A DNA stretch of 63,693 nt, filler included, from Phoronis australis (lineage: Eukaryota > Animalia > Phoronida), in assembly GCA_002633005.1 (NCBI GenBank). It is 9 parts of 9 records of this genome, joined end to end, with 100 filler letters (N's around TTAATTAATTAA, not from the genome) between each part and the next. Parts side by side here need not be neighbours in the genome. Positions count along the whole stretch, not along the records: positions 8,030 to 35,801 come from NMRA01001310.1; positions 35,902 to 41,865 come from NMRA01002248.1; 7 more parts are not named here. One strand, given 5' to 3'. Every line of letters begins with the position of its first letter. The first letter of the stretch is position 1. The notes below the pieces were generated by a model. That model worked only from the letters and a program-made list of their open reading frames with translations, was not told the origin of the DNA and ran no database searches. A program made the position numbers and the translations under genes. Shown one piece after another: positions 26,101 through 38,470 of this stretch.

Positions 26101-29100
26101 CATTCCTCGTCTTCCTCTAAATTTCTCCATCGGTGTCTAACTTCATCTTCCAATGCATTCACCTTGTTAATCAGCGGGTGGTTTCAGAAAGTCAAATTAT
26201 AAAAACGCTATCTTTAGCATTCGATCTGCAATGACTTGCCAAACCGTATTAAAAGCTTTTGCTTCAATGCACCTCAGCAATGTTATTGACTATTTTTCAA
26301 AAGTGTGTTATGACAGCTTTCACGACCAGGCCCTGACTGTTTCGCAAAATCTATTGCCTTTTGTCTTTTGACTTAAGCCAAGCGTCCGAAACCTGACAAT
26401 GAATAACACAATGTTGGTCGTTTTGTCTTTTGCTTTTCTTGGAACGTTTCGTCTTCTGTCTTTTAGAACAGACTGCGGATTTCTGCTTGGTATTCGTGAA
26501 TCAAGCTAAGCACAAGTAGTCAAAAACTAAGACATTTCGAGAAATATGCACCAGAAATGCTTCATTCGCATTTACTTCGTATGTAACTGTTCGTGACAAA
26601 CTTCTCTACATATTTTTATTCAATGTGTATAGCCACAAAAATAAATTGGCCTTTTTCTGTAACGTGGATTTTTATTGTGGCTGCGTTGTCAGCGGATTTT
26701 TGGGTCATGATCATTCATGGTGTCTCCGCAAGGTTTACGTTTCTCTAAATTGCTTTTGTAAATGTTTATCGGGATAGAAGAGTGTTAATACATGTACCAC
26801 TGCTATGAAACTGCGATCTAATATAAAGTGTTACTAAAAACACCAGAGGGTGAAACAGCGGGTTTCTAAATGCAACGATAAACCGACGTTAGTCCAATAA
26901 ACCCTTTTCTTTTTTTTCATGGACGAATTTTTGTTTTTTACGTATGTTTACTCTAGTAAACACTGGAATCAAAGCTACAAAGCATGGAATCACTCACTAC
27001 CGTGAGAAATTCAATCGTAAAAAGTCGCGGAGTGTGAGAAAAGGAAGAAAAATTCTTTTCAAATGGTTTTAATCATAAGAAGAACTCCTACGGAGTTCCT
27101 GAGCAATGAAGAATAGTTACCTTCTAAATCGTCGCCGTGGCAATCTCGATGACCTTGACGTTAGGTACTTAAAAGTGTTGTTGGCATAGGAAAATATGTA
27201 ATTCAGTGAAGCGTCCAACTAATTGCCAATTTTCACCATACGTGCTTATTCCGTAGATAAATTGTAGCTTTCACTTATTTATTTTGATACCTATGTTGAT
27301 CTAGACAAGTGCAGCATGAACCATTGACATATTACTGGTAATACGTTTCAACTGGTGTTACAGTTTTAACAAGTCAGCCTGACCTTCATTCATGCTTCAC
27401 AAGGGCAGTGAGCCAACACAACGAATACGTCGACTCCACGACGCCCCCTGGGATGAGCAATGAATGCGGAAACCAACAGGACTTTTACAGCAAGTTTCAG
27501 CCGGCCCATACTACCTATACTTTGACATTTGAATTCAAAGTACATGTAGATAATGCTGCGAAACCAAACTACATTCACGCATATCACTTTGGAGTTACCG
27601 GGGCCTCTGTGCAAGTGCTAACGTTTACAGAAGAAGGTTAGATTCATTTCACGGAAACATGATAAGTCACATATTAGAAGTATTGAACAGATAATCGCAG
27701 AAACATTGGATGTTATCCACAGTAACACAAGATTAACGTATACCCGCATGTTAAGCTGCGTCAGTTTGTCACAGGTGATTTACATTGAAATTGCAATTGG
27801 GATTTGGCTCTCATTACGAGGACTTCGGAAGGTAAATGATAGACGGCGTTAAAGGCCATGTTATCCCTTAGGGCTCGATCCAATGGATAGAATCTGATTT
27901 TTATACATGTACATCCGACAACTAGGTAACTAAACTCTATTCGAAAGTTACTGGCTTAAGCGTCTCGGTCAGGCTGGTATAAAAATTGTTGATAAATATT
28001 ACGTTATAAATCCTCAACGTGTCGATAATCACGGTGTGCAAGCGATAGAAGTAGTAAGAATGGGACAAGATTGGCAGTCGCACGGTTGTGTGATATCGCG
28101 ATTAAATTAAATTTGTCTATGGGTCATATTTTTAAAACCATAACATCCAAAATCCCAAAGAGTTTATGAATGTCAGATAAATGCAACATGAAAACTGGAT
28201 GCACGTTCATAATTGGCTTCATTAGAGTTACGATAAAATGAGCATATCTTTTTAAAGTCATGTTTGTTAATCGTAGCATTTTAGATCTAATTTTGATGCC
28301 ATTGAAGGTGAACACGATTTGTTAGATGGTAAAACGGTAGACCGTTGAAACCTGTTGTGTATTTTGTGTTGCTTGTAAACTACTGGGAATGATACCTCCA
28401 AAACAATACAATCGAACAAGGTGAAATGCTATGATTTTCCACGTGTCATTTTTCTGATGACCAATATTCCCGGTACATTTTAATTTGCTAGACAAATATG
28501 TTTTTAATCCAATAAAAACGAGGTATATCTAAAAATTATACTGGTCTGTCATTTAAGTTGGAATAATAAACCTTCGTGTGGTTAGATTTTAATTCACGAC
28601 GTTCAAGTATTTAAGTTGTATGTGGTATTCATAGACATACTGTTTTGTTCAGGCTCACCAGTCCACAAAGGGGTAAGAAGACAGTTGGAAAGAAACCACT
28701 GCACGCACGACTTTTCAGGAAGTACCGTGCAGGCATCATCAGTGACATGTAAAGACAGGGTGTTATTTGAGGGTCCGTATCTGCAGAATGGATACAAGTA
28801 AGAGATATTTGTTGGCTTTTGAATTTGGCTGTTATATAATGTAAGTTTGATGCACTTGATGGTAATGCAAGAGGTCTAATTTGTATCTCGAAGTAGCAGA
28901 TACATGTACACTGAGGCCACATCGTTGCTCTGAGCAACCAAGAAATCTTTTAGTTACCGCGCAAATCTTCAGGCTCATTATCAGATAAATTTTAGAACCC
29001 GCATTTCCCAGAAGTCAGGCGGGGTATATGGTCTTCTCAACGGCGGCATATTGTCGAAGTCGCAACAACAAACCTCTCAACTCCATTTCTAAATAATCAT

Positions 29101-32100
29101 TTAGAGGCTAGGTGCAATAACGTCACATTTAACTGCGCTTAAAGTTTCACAGAAACGTCACGATATTACAACACATGCTCTATTGAATTGCCAAATGAAC
29201 CTGGCAAGAAGTTCCCCATGTGTGTTACAGCCTGGCATAATTATGTAGTAGTTTATGTATTACTGTAGCCACAATGCAAAGCAACGAGCCGTTATGGTCG
29301 AGAATGGGCTTTCGTACATAAATCGAAATATGGTTCGTTTGTGGCAATCCAGCGTTCAAACTGGAGGAGAGAGTTGGCTTTCGTCATTATCAACAGAAAA
29401 TTTAGGTCTCAACGCAACAGTCACCCACGTTTAGTACCAGTCGTTTCTGAAAGGTATAACTCAGCATCCTTTATGAGCCCTTGTCAATTGTCTTGTCATC
29501 GTCCGCGTAAAGCTATGGTCGCCTGCACCTAAACAGGGAAAACGATACCGCTGGCGTCCCTGTGTATTCTTTTGCTCTGTGGGTGGCTCTCTGACGACAA
29601 ACCACGGGTATGAAGACATATGGCTATAACCTAGTTTAGCTTAGTCACTGGACCACCTTCACGCTCTTTGTGCATCAACTCGTTCACCAGTTCGGCACCA
29701 TCTCATTCTGTAACGGGGTTGTTGTCTGGGTTCCTGAAACAAGCAGTTAGACGCACTCCAAATGACGTTAACAGTTCATAGTTAGAAACGGGATTGACTC
29801 GGAAAATGGCCATGGTGCGAATGAAGTTAAAATGAGTTGGATGATAGCGCATCAAAGATCGGCGTTTGCCTAGATATCAATGACGCAAATGAATAAACAC
29901 GATGTAGCTATTTCCGGAACCACGCGATCCTTCTGGGAAAACCTAGAGAAATTCAGTTAACCCTAACGCATCAAACGTGCGGCGAGCAGCCAACACGGCG
30001 ATAGTGGCGACCATGAGATAACACATCACGTCTGGTAAACAATTGAACTACTCAGAAGGGCGAGTACCATGTTTGGGGTGAACAGGGACACCTCGAAAGT
30101 CCGGTTTTGGTTGTTGTACTGCATGTGAGCAGGCTGCGAACCAGATCTTTGCACTAGGTGGATCAGGCTGAATAAGTCGTAACGACCTTAACATGATCAC
30201 ATATTCTAACGTGTTACTTAGAATCTTAATTATGATTTTGTGATGTCAACCGGATTCATGGGCCTTGAGCAAACTATCGGGTGATGAACGAGATAAGTCG
30301 TTGATAAGATCTTTCTGTCTCTAGTTGTTTTCTAAGTCAATGTCACAACAGTTTAGGAGAGTGGGTACGCCAGATCGTAAAGGAGTAGAATGGCTTGCCA
30401 TTAATTGTGAGCTAGTGGTGTGCGTTCCTCACGTTGGTGTTTCGCGAAATCACAGGAAGGGGTTTGTCATGAGTTCATGCTGTGTACATTCTGAGCGGCA
30501 GTCCTCATGTGTCCTCTAGATATGCCATTTCCGTTGGCTGTAGGTAGACATGCAGCTCAGGCTAAGTAGCATAGATAAACGAGGTACCAGCACCGGATAA
30601 TAGGATCCTTTAGAAGGTACTCATTATTTACAGACCAGTGCACTTTTGGAGGGTCCCGTCCAAAAATTGAGCCACCTCAAACATTCGAGGTATCACTACA
30701 ACATTTTAGATGGTTCAGAATATGTCACTGGTTACTAAATGACCTATGGCAGATAAATTATAATGGGGTGGGCCTGCCAAAAAACCCTGACACCTCATTT
30801 ACAGAATGCTGTTGAAGTGTTACATTGATCACCGAATGACCTATGACAGAAAAATTGCATTCTGGAAAGGACATAGCAGAAGCTCAAGAATGACCCCCTA
30901 CCAAAAACGCAGTCTGGGTATGGCCCGCCAGAAACATGTCACAAGCGTTTTGTTTTTGAATTTGTGAGCTGCATAACGCATTCGAGAAAGCGGTCGGAAC
31001 TGATTTACAGTGAATCGATGAACCAAAAAAATCTTCATGATTTAACAATGTTGTATATGCCACTGATCACTAAATAGCATACGACGGAGAATTCACTGAA
31101 TTGGCTCAGAAGAAGCTCATAATTATCTTACCAATGGAATGTTCCTGAGAATTTGAATTTTGGTTTAAATTTTGGCTAAAGTGATCTAAAATCAACAATT
31201 ATATCACACTGAGCACCATTACGGAAAAAACGTCTAGAAAGGGCCCGGAAGAGATTAAAAATGAACTTCCTAACAGAGGTTTTTCAACATTCAAAGTACA
31301 AGAACAATTCCATGTGATTCAGAACATGGAATACGCCAAAATACGCGAGGTGGAGCACGACAAGATTCCAAAAACCCACAACCTTATAATTCTTTTAAAA
31401 TTTGAAATAAATGACTCTCCGGTTGAAATCGATAAAAATATGACAAAAAGTAGGGTTGAGTACAGTGAAAACATACCCCGATTGTGGAATTTTCTCAGTA
31501 AAGTTCTTTCTTCTTCTGCAATTGAAATTTAGTTGACAAGTGCCCGTTTCTCTCCACAGATATATGTACAAACAATTATCGGTCTTCGGATAGTTAATAT
31601 AATCAATATGTCAAGAAATCATTTGGCATTTATATCTGAGAAAAATATGGTTAGACTAGACGGCGGCATACGATGCCGATCGGGAATTGCACGGTGTGTA
31701 GCCCAGAATGGGGGTGTGCAGAGAATGTCTCACTAAGTATCCAAAATGTACACAACAAGTAAAAGAAACACTGCGTGCACTCCACTAAGCTTACAAGTAA
31801 AGTCAAATTGAATAATATGATATAAAAGCACTAAAATATCAGTTGACGAAGGGAGAAAATCATTTAGGAAGCAGAGACTGGGACGTCAACATTCATTGAA
31901 AATGTTGGAAATCTTGATAAGTGGTAGCTAATTTTCGTGCTAAAATGCCTAATAAAGAACCCGAAAAATTCGGTTGTCAAAATCTAAAACAGGTGTAAGT
32001 TTTGTGCAAAAACTTGTGTCTGTGGGTTACGGAGATCTCGGTTCGTGGATAAGTATGTAATAACTAAAGTCTCGCAATATTTTCGTGCTTGTAACAAGTG

Positions 32101-35100
32101 TCAATGATTATCCAAGACTTGATGTCCATTGACTTGCAATTACACGCATTATTGATAAGTGTGATATCACAGACTTGATCTCGTGACGCCTCGAATGTTT
32201 TTCGGAAGCTTCGTTTTTGATTTTCTGGGGGAACTTTACAAAGTGCAGTTAGTTCGCCATGAGGACTCACTCAGTGCTTAGTGTGGCACGACTGTTAATT
32301 TTGAATCAGTTTTGACCGGTACCTTACGAAGAGGAGACATCGGCGGAGATCAATGTTTGTACATACTGGAGAGTGCTCTTGTGTTTAGATGTTGGTATCT
32401 GTTCATCCATCCTAAGTGCTCTGAGCGGCGAGTCTAAAACAACGATGAGGCAAGGTAATGTTCTTCTTTTTCCATGTCAAACTGTCGGCGACTAAGTCAG
32501 GAAAACGTTGTCCGGGCTTAAAAGAGATGCAAAAGGCGAATATGAAGAAATTTGAAGATTGAAATTAAACTGATTATTCTTTTATGGAAACTAAAGGGCA
32601 CTATGTTTGAAAATCTGTAAGAAACGGATAATGTGTACTAGAAGGCATATCTGTGACAATTTCATAAACGCAGCTTGGAAAAGTCAAGAAAGGTAGAATG
32701 TAGGAGATTAAATATTGAATGCACGTAAAGGGGTACAATGCGTGTCATAGAGGGATTTAGGGGGGTAGGTTGACTGCAAGAAAAAACAGCCAGAGCGTGA
32801 GGAAATATTGTGTTCCTTAACTAACCCCGGTAATTAACATGCAGCTGAAACAAGTTTGGGCGTGCGCATGTGGGGTGGCTCGGTCCTATTGGAAGTGTCA
32901 CCGCAATCGGTTTCCTGTTTTTTATTTTTTATTATATCTTTTTGAGCCGCCCTATATTTTAGGGTGGCCTTGCGCGGTTCTCTGAGACAAACTGTTGCCT
33001 CCCCCCTATGATATCCTAGGTCCGCTACTGCGTGTACCCTTGCAAGCGCACGTCAGTTCCAAACTTGACACGTGACAAGCTACGCAAGTGAGCTATCATT
33101 CGGGTTAAGTGCTGCATGGCCGTACATCGACTACGTTGCAGTCAAGTCTTTACTACCTGGCGGCTTGTCGCGGTTGACGAGGTGTCGCATCCGAAATTCT
33201 ATTCCACCTGGTGACACGCTAGATTATGATGACATGTCCATGTTTGTTTTGACCACTGAAGATTGAAAAAGGCAAACTTCTCGATCACTGACTTGAATGC
33301 CGCTAGCCCTTCCTTACGAGGCTTGTTTGAGTTAAGTAAAAATGTCCCTGCCTTATTTAATTTTGTCTCTGGTAAACGTTCTGCAAAATGTGAGAAATCA
33401 ACAAGATAGGGCACAAATGTCACAGAGACAACTATGCCTTTGTATCTACAGCTGCCGGGAGTCTTTAAAATGACTCCCGGCAGCTTTGTGGCTATCAGTT
33501 CCGGAGCCCATGAGAGTGCTAGCAATGTCTTAATAACCATTGCAATACGCTTATTAATTAACCCGATATTTTGTTTCACTGGTACTTCAAATCTTTGATG
33601 TTCGTGAAGTCAGGTTTCTGCGTTAGTACCAACTTAAATTGCATTGAACAGATTGATTATGTATGTCAGATGCACTTCTAAAGAGCAGTTTCATTCATTC
33701 CTTAAAGATATTGCGTCGACTATCAGGTTGAGGGAGGTGGCTATTTGTTGACGAAAAATCTGGTAACAGGGTCAGTCAACTCAACAAGAAAATATTTCAA
33801 ATCCACCCGGACCAACAAAACTGTTTGTATGACATATGACAGCGCAGCCCCGATACATTGTTCGGAAAGCCATAGCTGTGCTCCTGGATCATCTTACCCT
33901 ATCGACGTAATCCCACGTATAACTAGAAATCCGGCAATAACAGTGACGTTTGGCGGATGGTTAGATCCAATACCGACTTCTGGAAATCATGAGTTAGCAT
34001 CCGGCATTGATCATCTGGAATTCAATGTATACACAGTAGTTAAAAAGACCCGTTATGTCAACCAAATCGGCAGTAAAGAAGGGGTCTCACAAAAGACAAA
34101 CAGAACACACGGTTCTCTACAGCTTACATTGCCTTCACAAGGACTTTATGCTGTATATGTGGACGTAGTGGACAAGGTCGGCAACGTCAAACACGCAAGA
34201 CGTTTTGTTCTTTGTGATCCAAACTCCACAGTTGAAATTTCTCAAGCGCACAAAATTGTCGTAACCACCGCAGATCCTAATACGGACTTTGCTTGGCAAA
34301 CAACACACGGCCCCTTGACTGTTAAGTGGACGAGACGATTTCACAATACTTTCCACGTACACAGCAACATGTTGAAACCTATTGCTAGCAATTCTTCCGT
34401 AGTTTTGACTGGCATATATGATCAAGGTACAGGTGTCCTTCCAGTAACAGGTACGCCTAATGTTGATGGAATTGTAGAGTTCAAGTACGCCATTGTGTCG
34501 ATACCAAAGTCTATCAACAACCTTATAAGTCTACCCAGTCCTTTACAGACGATGATCACACACAATACAGACAATGCAATGCAGGACGGCGATAGTTATG
34601 AAATAATGATTCAAGCCAAAGACATAATGGGCAACACTAAAAACGACACCGTGTTTCTCAAAGTCGATTCCACGCCCCCATTGTTTTCGAGCGTCGGAGT
34701 TACAAATAACGGTCTTCGAGAGCTCTTTGTTCACTTCGAAACTGATTTGTCAACCATGAAGTTCGTCTTCGAAGCGATGGATGCTCACAGCGGTTTGCAC
34801 GATGTTAAATGGAAGTTGGGTACATCTCGAGATGCTGCCGATATAAGCGAAGGTTCTCTTCCGGTGAAGTCTGTAAGTTCCCACGTATTTTAGGGCTTGT
34901 TTCGTACAAATATTTAATTCACGTATTGTACTAACAAATTGTACTTTTTCTACACCTGATACTGATCGTATCCATTTATCTACCTTGCATTTAAAATGAA
35001 GGTAATATGCTTGGTAGACCTTGTTCCGACTTTTGTTAAGTAGGCTTTATACCTATATTCGACAAAGTAGTGTAAGGCAACAAACTGTCAAGACTGTGAA

Positions 35101-35801
35101 GACTTCCGCAACTAGTCATTTTGCCCAATTGCGTTTTAATTTTATGGCAAGTTTTCTGTTTTGAAGGGTCTGAACAAACTGTTGTAATTTAACGATCACT
35201 TTAGTTTTTGAAGTTGCGACATTTTCTGCAACCCAACAAAACAAACGCTATAGAAACAAAAGTTGTATCAATGTGTATTTCGAAAGGCTGTGCAAACGGT
35301 CGTGCTTTGATTATTACTTTCCTTTGGTAAAACGTGACAGTTGGTGGTTTGGAAACCGATTGCATAATTGCGATACCGCATGCTGGCCTCAATTTTTCCC
35401 GTACATTGAACAAATTGTTCATTATCTAACGGGGTTTGCATTTGGTGGTTTTGCTCACATATGTGCGTTTGTGTTAACAGCCCTGAGCGCGATTCTGATT
35501 CGAATTGTTCCAATAAATGTAGCAATAGTTCCCTTGGCATTGCTGTAGGTTAATGGACGTAGGACAGAATGTTTTGTCTTTTAGGTTTGGTCAAAGCCTC
35601 ATAACCGTTACGCAAACTGTAACCTATTGCTAGGAACTTTGATTCTGTCGTTACTTTTCATTTTCCCATTAGCACCGCTAGTGTAATATTTGTGGAATTT
35701 TGCGTACACTAATTTAAGCTGTTGCATTCATCTAGGCACCCGATAATGGTGAAAATAAGTATTGTCCTACAGTCGTTGGTGCGGAATGCGAGTATTTGAA
35801 C
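8064..35801 (+). CDS. Spliced gene for a large secreted multi-lectin mosaic protein, 3'-truncated. Exons 8064-8122, 9889-10056, 16734-17005, 18470-18534, 19265-19478, 23781-23993, 24753-24956, 25311-25439, 25703-25825, 27364-27636, 28653-28797, 33708-34872, 35736-35801
   Basis: Every intron is GT...AG, with matching phases (2,2,1,0,1,1,1,1,1,1,2,0). The joined frame is open over 3096 nt (1032 codons), and domains split across exons rejoin correctly. Confidence 0.8.
9889..10056 (+). CDS. Putative symmetric exon encoding an Asp-rich segment
   Basis: TACAG acceptor, CA|GTAAG donor, 168 nt, phase 2-2; encodes KDDARDDDDDDGYDDEGGEYE. A decayed tandem copy follows at about 10083-10238. Confidence 0.5.
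15122..15361. mobile_element. MITE with 5-bp TSD (hAT5-like)
   Basis: TIRs CATGGGCGCATCCAG / CTGGGTGCGCGCATG; TSD GTATA on both sides. Confidence 0.85.
16734..17005 (+). CDS. Exon: WSC carbohydrate-binding domain
   Basis: ECYKD...[30 protein letters not shown]...CNKRCSGNNEICGG..RISVY follows the WSC cysteine pattern. Confidence 0.9.
18470..19478 (+). CDS. Two exons (18470-18534, 19265-19478): Mucin2_WxxW / CysD domain
   Basis: WTEWMNRDTPRGWADSE joined to C...CR...CTPSKGLLCVNSDQTSNSCLDFQIRFFC. Confidence 0.88.
20590..21370 (-). mobile_element. 5'-truncated LINE (L2/Crack/CR1 group): ORF2 C-terminus, 3' UTR and A-rich tail
   Basis: MYKCFKRLVPTYLS...RYNT...LPKPRNETGK..FSNSGPYLWNTLP...SLMTFKR is typical of an L2/Crack ORF2 end; an AATAA-rich tail follows on the minus strand. 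Confidence 0.85.
23418..23766 (+). mobile_element. Helentron-associated (HINE/DINE-like) non-autonomous element
   Basis: Starts in a T run with the hairpin GCGCCCACAT...ATGTGGTCGC, followed by a GTCY-type degenerate microsatellite; ends in AAGTT. Family assignment is inference. Confidence 0.45.
23781..24956 (+). CDS. Two exons (23781-23993, 24753-24956): F-type lectin (FTP/fucolectin) domain
   Basis: IAYKKAATQSS...ASLAVDG...SCSHT...PWWRVDL...IANRGD...GRYLTI...LTLCEVVV; the H-x26-R-x-D fucose-binding motif is present. Confidence 0.93.
24050..24543. mobile_element. Diverged, 5'-truncated copy of the 873-1542 Kolobok-like element (opposite orientation)
   Basis: CTGTCAACTGCTCG...ACAAGGCAAA.CACGTCTC...TATGACAA.ACATAGACG.AGCAC is shared with the reverse complement of 1255-1400; ends GTTCCAGGCCTCC-TTAA. 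Confidence 0.65.
25311..25825 (+). CDS. Two exons (25311-25439, 25703-25825): furin-like Cys-rich and EGF-like modules
   Basis: CPLPLPTHCATMECPGGRKMCTKC...GGQCL and TCSWLDNAWCWPGSCSNRNLLESCQCKPGFYRDLSSGKCE; both are phase 1-1 exons. Confidence 0.8.
27364..35801 (+). CDS. Exons 27364-27636, 28653-28797, 33708-34872, 35736-35801: beta-rich Ig/FN3-like repeat region of an uncharacterised invertebrate protein family
   Basis: A 1165-nt open exon with recurring motifs GWLDP..SGI, DKVGN, DIMGN, DSTPP and DAHSGL..VKWKLGT; last exon contains YCPTVVGAECE. Confidence 0.75.
30640..31270. repeat. Highly degenerate tandem/satellite-like repeat
   Basis: A CACTGRTYACYRAATGACCTATGRCAGA-like motif recurs near 30725, 30822 and 31060. 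Confidence 0.35.
32746..33030. mobile_element. MITE with 5-bp TSD; short relative of 37482-38470
   Basis: Ends CATAGAGGGATTTAG / CTAGGTCCGCTACTG; TSD CGTGT; shares TAACCCCGGTAATTAACAT and TGATATCCTAGGTCCGC with 37482-38470. Confidence 0.85.
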
Positions 35802-37481
35802 NNNNNNNNNNNNNNNNNNNNNNNNNNNNNNNNNNNNNNNNNNNNTTAATTAATTAANNNNNNNNNNNNNNNNNNNNNNNNNNNNNNNNNNNNNNNNNNN
35901 NTCGTTTCAAAGTTTTCTGGGACAGGAAGTTCATTTGTGGCACTATTTTATGAATTCAAGGTCAAACTCAAGGTCAACTTAGAGGTCAAAGGTCAAGCTG
36001 AACTGAAATAAGGAAAACCACCTCTTTTGGCGGACGAAATGTTAAATGTATGGGAAAGACTATACCAACATCTTTCAATTTCTTTTCTGATTGCGAAATA
36101 TCTTAATTAGATATCCTCCTAAAATCTCAACAACTGAAGTCCCGGCAATATCGCGTGTTCTTTGTGAATAGAAATACGAGTATACGTGTAGTCTGTACAG
36201 GTTATATGGTTACATATATGTAGACTATGTGCCTGCAGTTTTTGCGTGCTACTCATGCTACTTGCAGGCCTTATGATCGCATATTGAATCTGAATTTCTG
36301 TTTTATTATATTGGAAATGAAATGTCAAATACTGGACTCCGATTTTACCAAAATGGAGTCACAACATTGTGCGCCCGGCATATTTATCATGCTGGTGAGT
36401 CACTGCAAGCGTAGCAGCTTTGAGCGGGGGTTGGATCGAATTTTTAGATATTTTGCAAACGTCGAGTTTTCGAAAAGGCCTTTGACGCAGTTTAATTAGG
36501 GGGAAGGGAAATCTGTTTACACAACGATGAATCTCAGGCATATGTTCCTGAGATGAGACGGTATTTGTCAATACCAGAAACGAGGATGCTGTGACGGTTG
36601 CTCAAAAAGAACGGGACTCAAATTCGGATGTAATGTGGTCCAGAAAGAGAACGTTCTCGCATTACCTACTACCAAAATTTCAAATCAGGCATGCTTAAAT
36701 GAGTGATTATATCACATTCCATACTAGGACAGAAATATGAAGTTAAGTCGGAGAATGACTTGGCGAAATTGTTTATCTAGTTATATTTTTGCGTGTTACT
36801 AGGCTGCTTACATCAGTCGCTGGAAATGGGAACAGCCCGCTATTTCGAAGGTTCATTACTCCGAAGGTTCACTATTTCGAATATTCACTACTCCGAAGGT
36901 TCACTGCTGCGAAAACATCTAAACTTTCAGACTCGTGTAATTTTTATACTTTTGCGTGCAAAATAAACGATACTTCGGTAACTAGATGCACTGAGTGGTG
37001 TTCCTATACCTAAAACAACGTCCCGATACTAAAGCACTTTGTTTGGATTCCATGCGCATATCTTAAAACGGAAAAATGAGTGCGTACTTGCATTTTTAAA
37101 AGAATATGAAGTAGGAACATTGATGAATTATCAACCACGATACATTCATCAAATCCATGTCAAGATCGCATCGCAGAGCGAATGAAGAATTTAAGGCCGT
37201 TGCGCCTCAACCTCACCCAAGGAACCATGCGCACGCCCGGGTCGAAACTAAATGAAGTTAGTAGGCCACCCTGCCACTGCCAGTCCGGGAGTCCCATTCA
37301 GTCTTCTCAAATTTAAAACCACAGTTGGCCGCCGCAGCCCTGACCCGTGCACCAGGCGTTGTCCCTGCTTCAGAATGAATCGTGAGCAGACTATCAGAGT
37401 AATGGTCTGTCGGAAATTCGAATTTAATTTCGACGGTAGCGAACCTTCGAAGTAGTGAACCTTCGGAGGAGAGGATCTTCG

Positions 37482-38470
37482 CATAGACGGATTTAGGGGA
37501 GGGGAGGGGGGTAGAGGGCCCGGCTCCCCCCTCCCCCCTTGGCTGCCGCAAAAAAAATAAAACAGCAAGAGCGCGAAGGGAAGTGTTGAGTTTATTAATT
37601 AACCCCGGTAATTAACATTATACGGCGGAAACAAGATTTAAATGTGTGCAGTTTTATTGTGTTTAGGGGGATCAGATCCAGTTTCAAGTGTCAAATTCGG
37701 AGCACGGCTCAATCGTAACGAAACTATGGCTAAGTATAGGCTCTCCCGCGATATCCCAGGGACCGGCAGTTGCACTGCGCACTACTACTCCGTTTCCGTC
37801 GTCTGCTTCACTGTGCAATGAAGAAACTTACTTCATTTTTTAAAGAAAATGGAATCTGAGTGACGATGAAAAAACAGAAGCTGTTGGTAAGATGTGAATT
37901 TTAATCAAAGCCTTAGTGAATCACTCAGAAACTCATAATTTTCTCTTTGTCAAACCTTAACTTAACACAAATGGATTTCCAAAGCAATCGCATCATTAAT
38001 GCCAACACAAAAACGGATTTGGTCTTTTGGGCAATTGAAGACTATTTTAAATACAACAAATTTGTTACGAACTGATTGCACAAAATATAAAACGTGTAAT
38101 AAGCATTACAAAAAGAAGTAGGTTTCGCGCGCAAACGCTGTGGACCACACACAAGTAGGTCTCTTATTATCAACTTATGAGTGAAAGCGTGGTGGTGCAG
38201 TGGTAAAGCACGCGCGCTCTATCCGCTAGGTCGTGAGTTCGAGTCTGTGATGACTGTGATTTTCATGTTTGGCCCCTTTTTCTTTTTTTTTTCTTTTTCT
38301 TTGCCTTTTTTTTCTTGGATCATACTTCAGGAATCAAGGAAAATGCCAACCCCCCTCCCGACCTCCCCCCATTCGGTGCTATGTGCATCTAATTGTGCTT
38401 TGCACAAATGTTTTAATGTTTTCGGGCAAAATGTTGGCCCCCCCCCTGTGATATCCTAGGTCCGCCACTG
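37482..38470. mobile_element. 989-bp non-autonomous element with 5-bp TSD, nested in 36828-38526
   Basis: Ends CATAGACGGATTTAG / CTAGGTCCGCCACTG; TSD CTTCG at 37477-37481 and 38471-38475. Confidence 0.85.
38187..38315 (+). other. tRNA-derived (SINE-head-like) Pol III cassette
   Basis: A box TGGTGCAGTGG (38193-38203), B box GAGTTCGAGTC (38235-38245) and a downstream T-rich tract; the acceptor stem does not close. Confidence 0.55.

Noticed and set aside
29200-30600. Possible decayed retroelement coding region in an intron
   Set aside because: Coding-like composition, but I could not recognise any RT, endonuclease or integrase motif.
38187-38260. Functional tRNA gene
   Set aside because: A and B boxes are present, but acceptor and anticodon stems do not pair and it lies inside a transposon.
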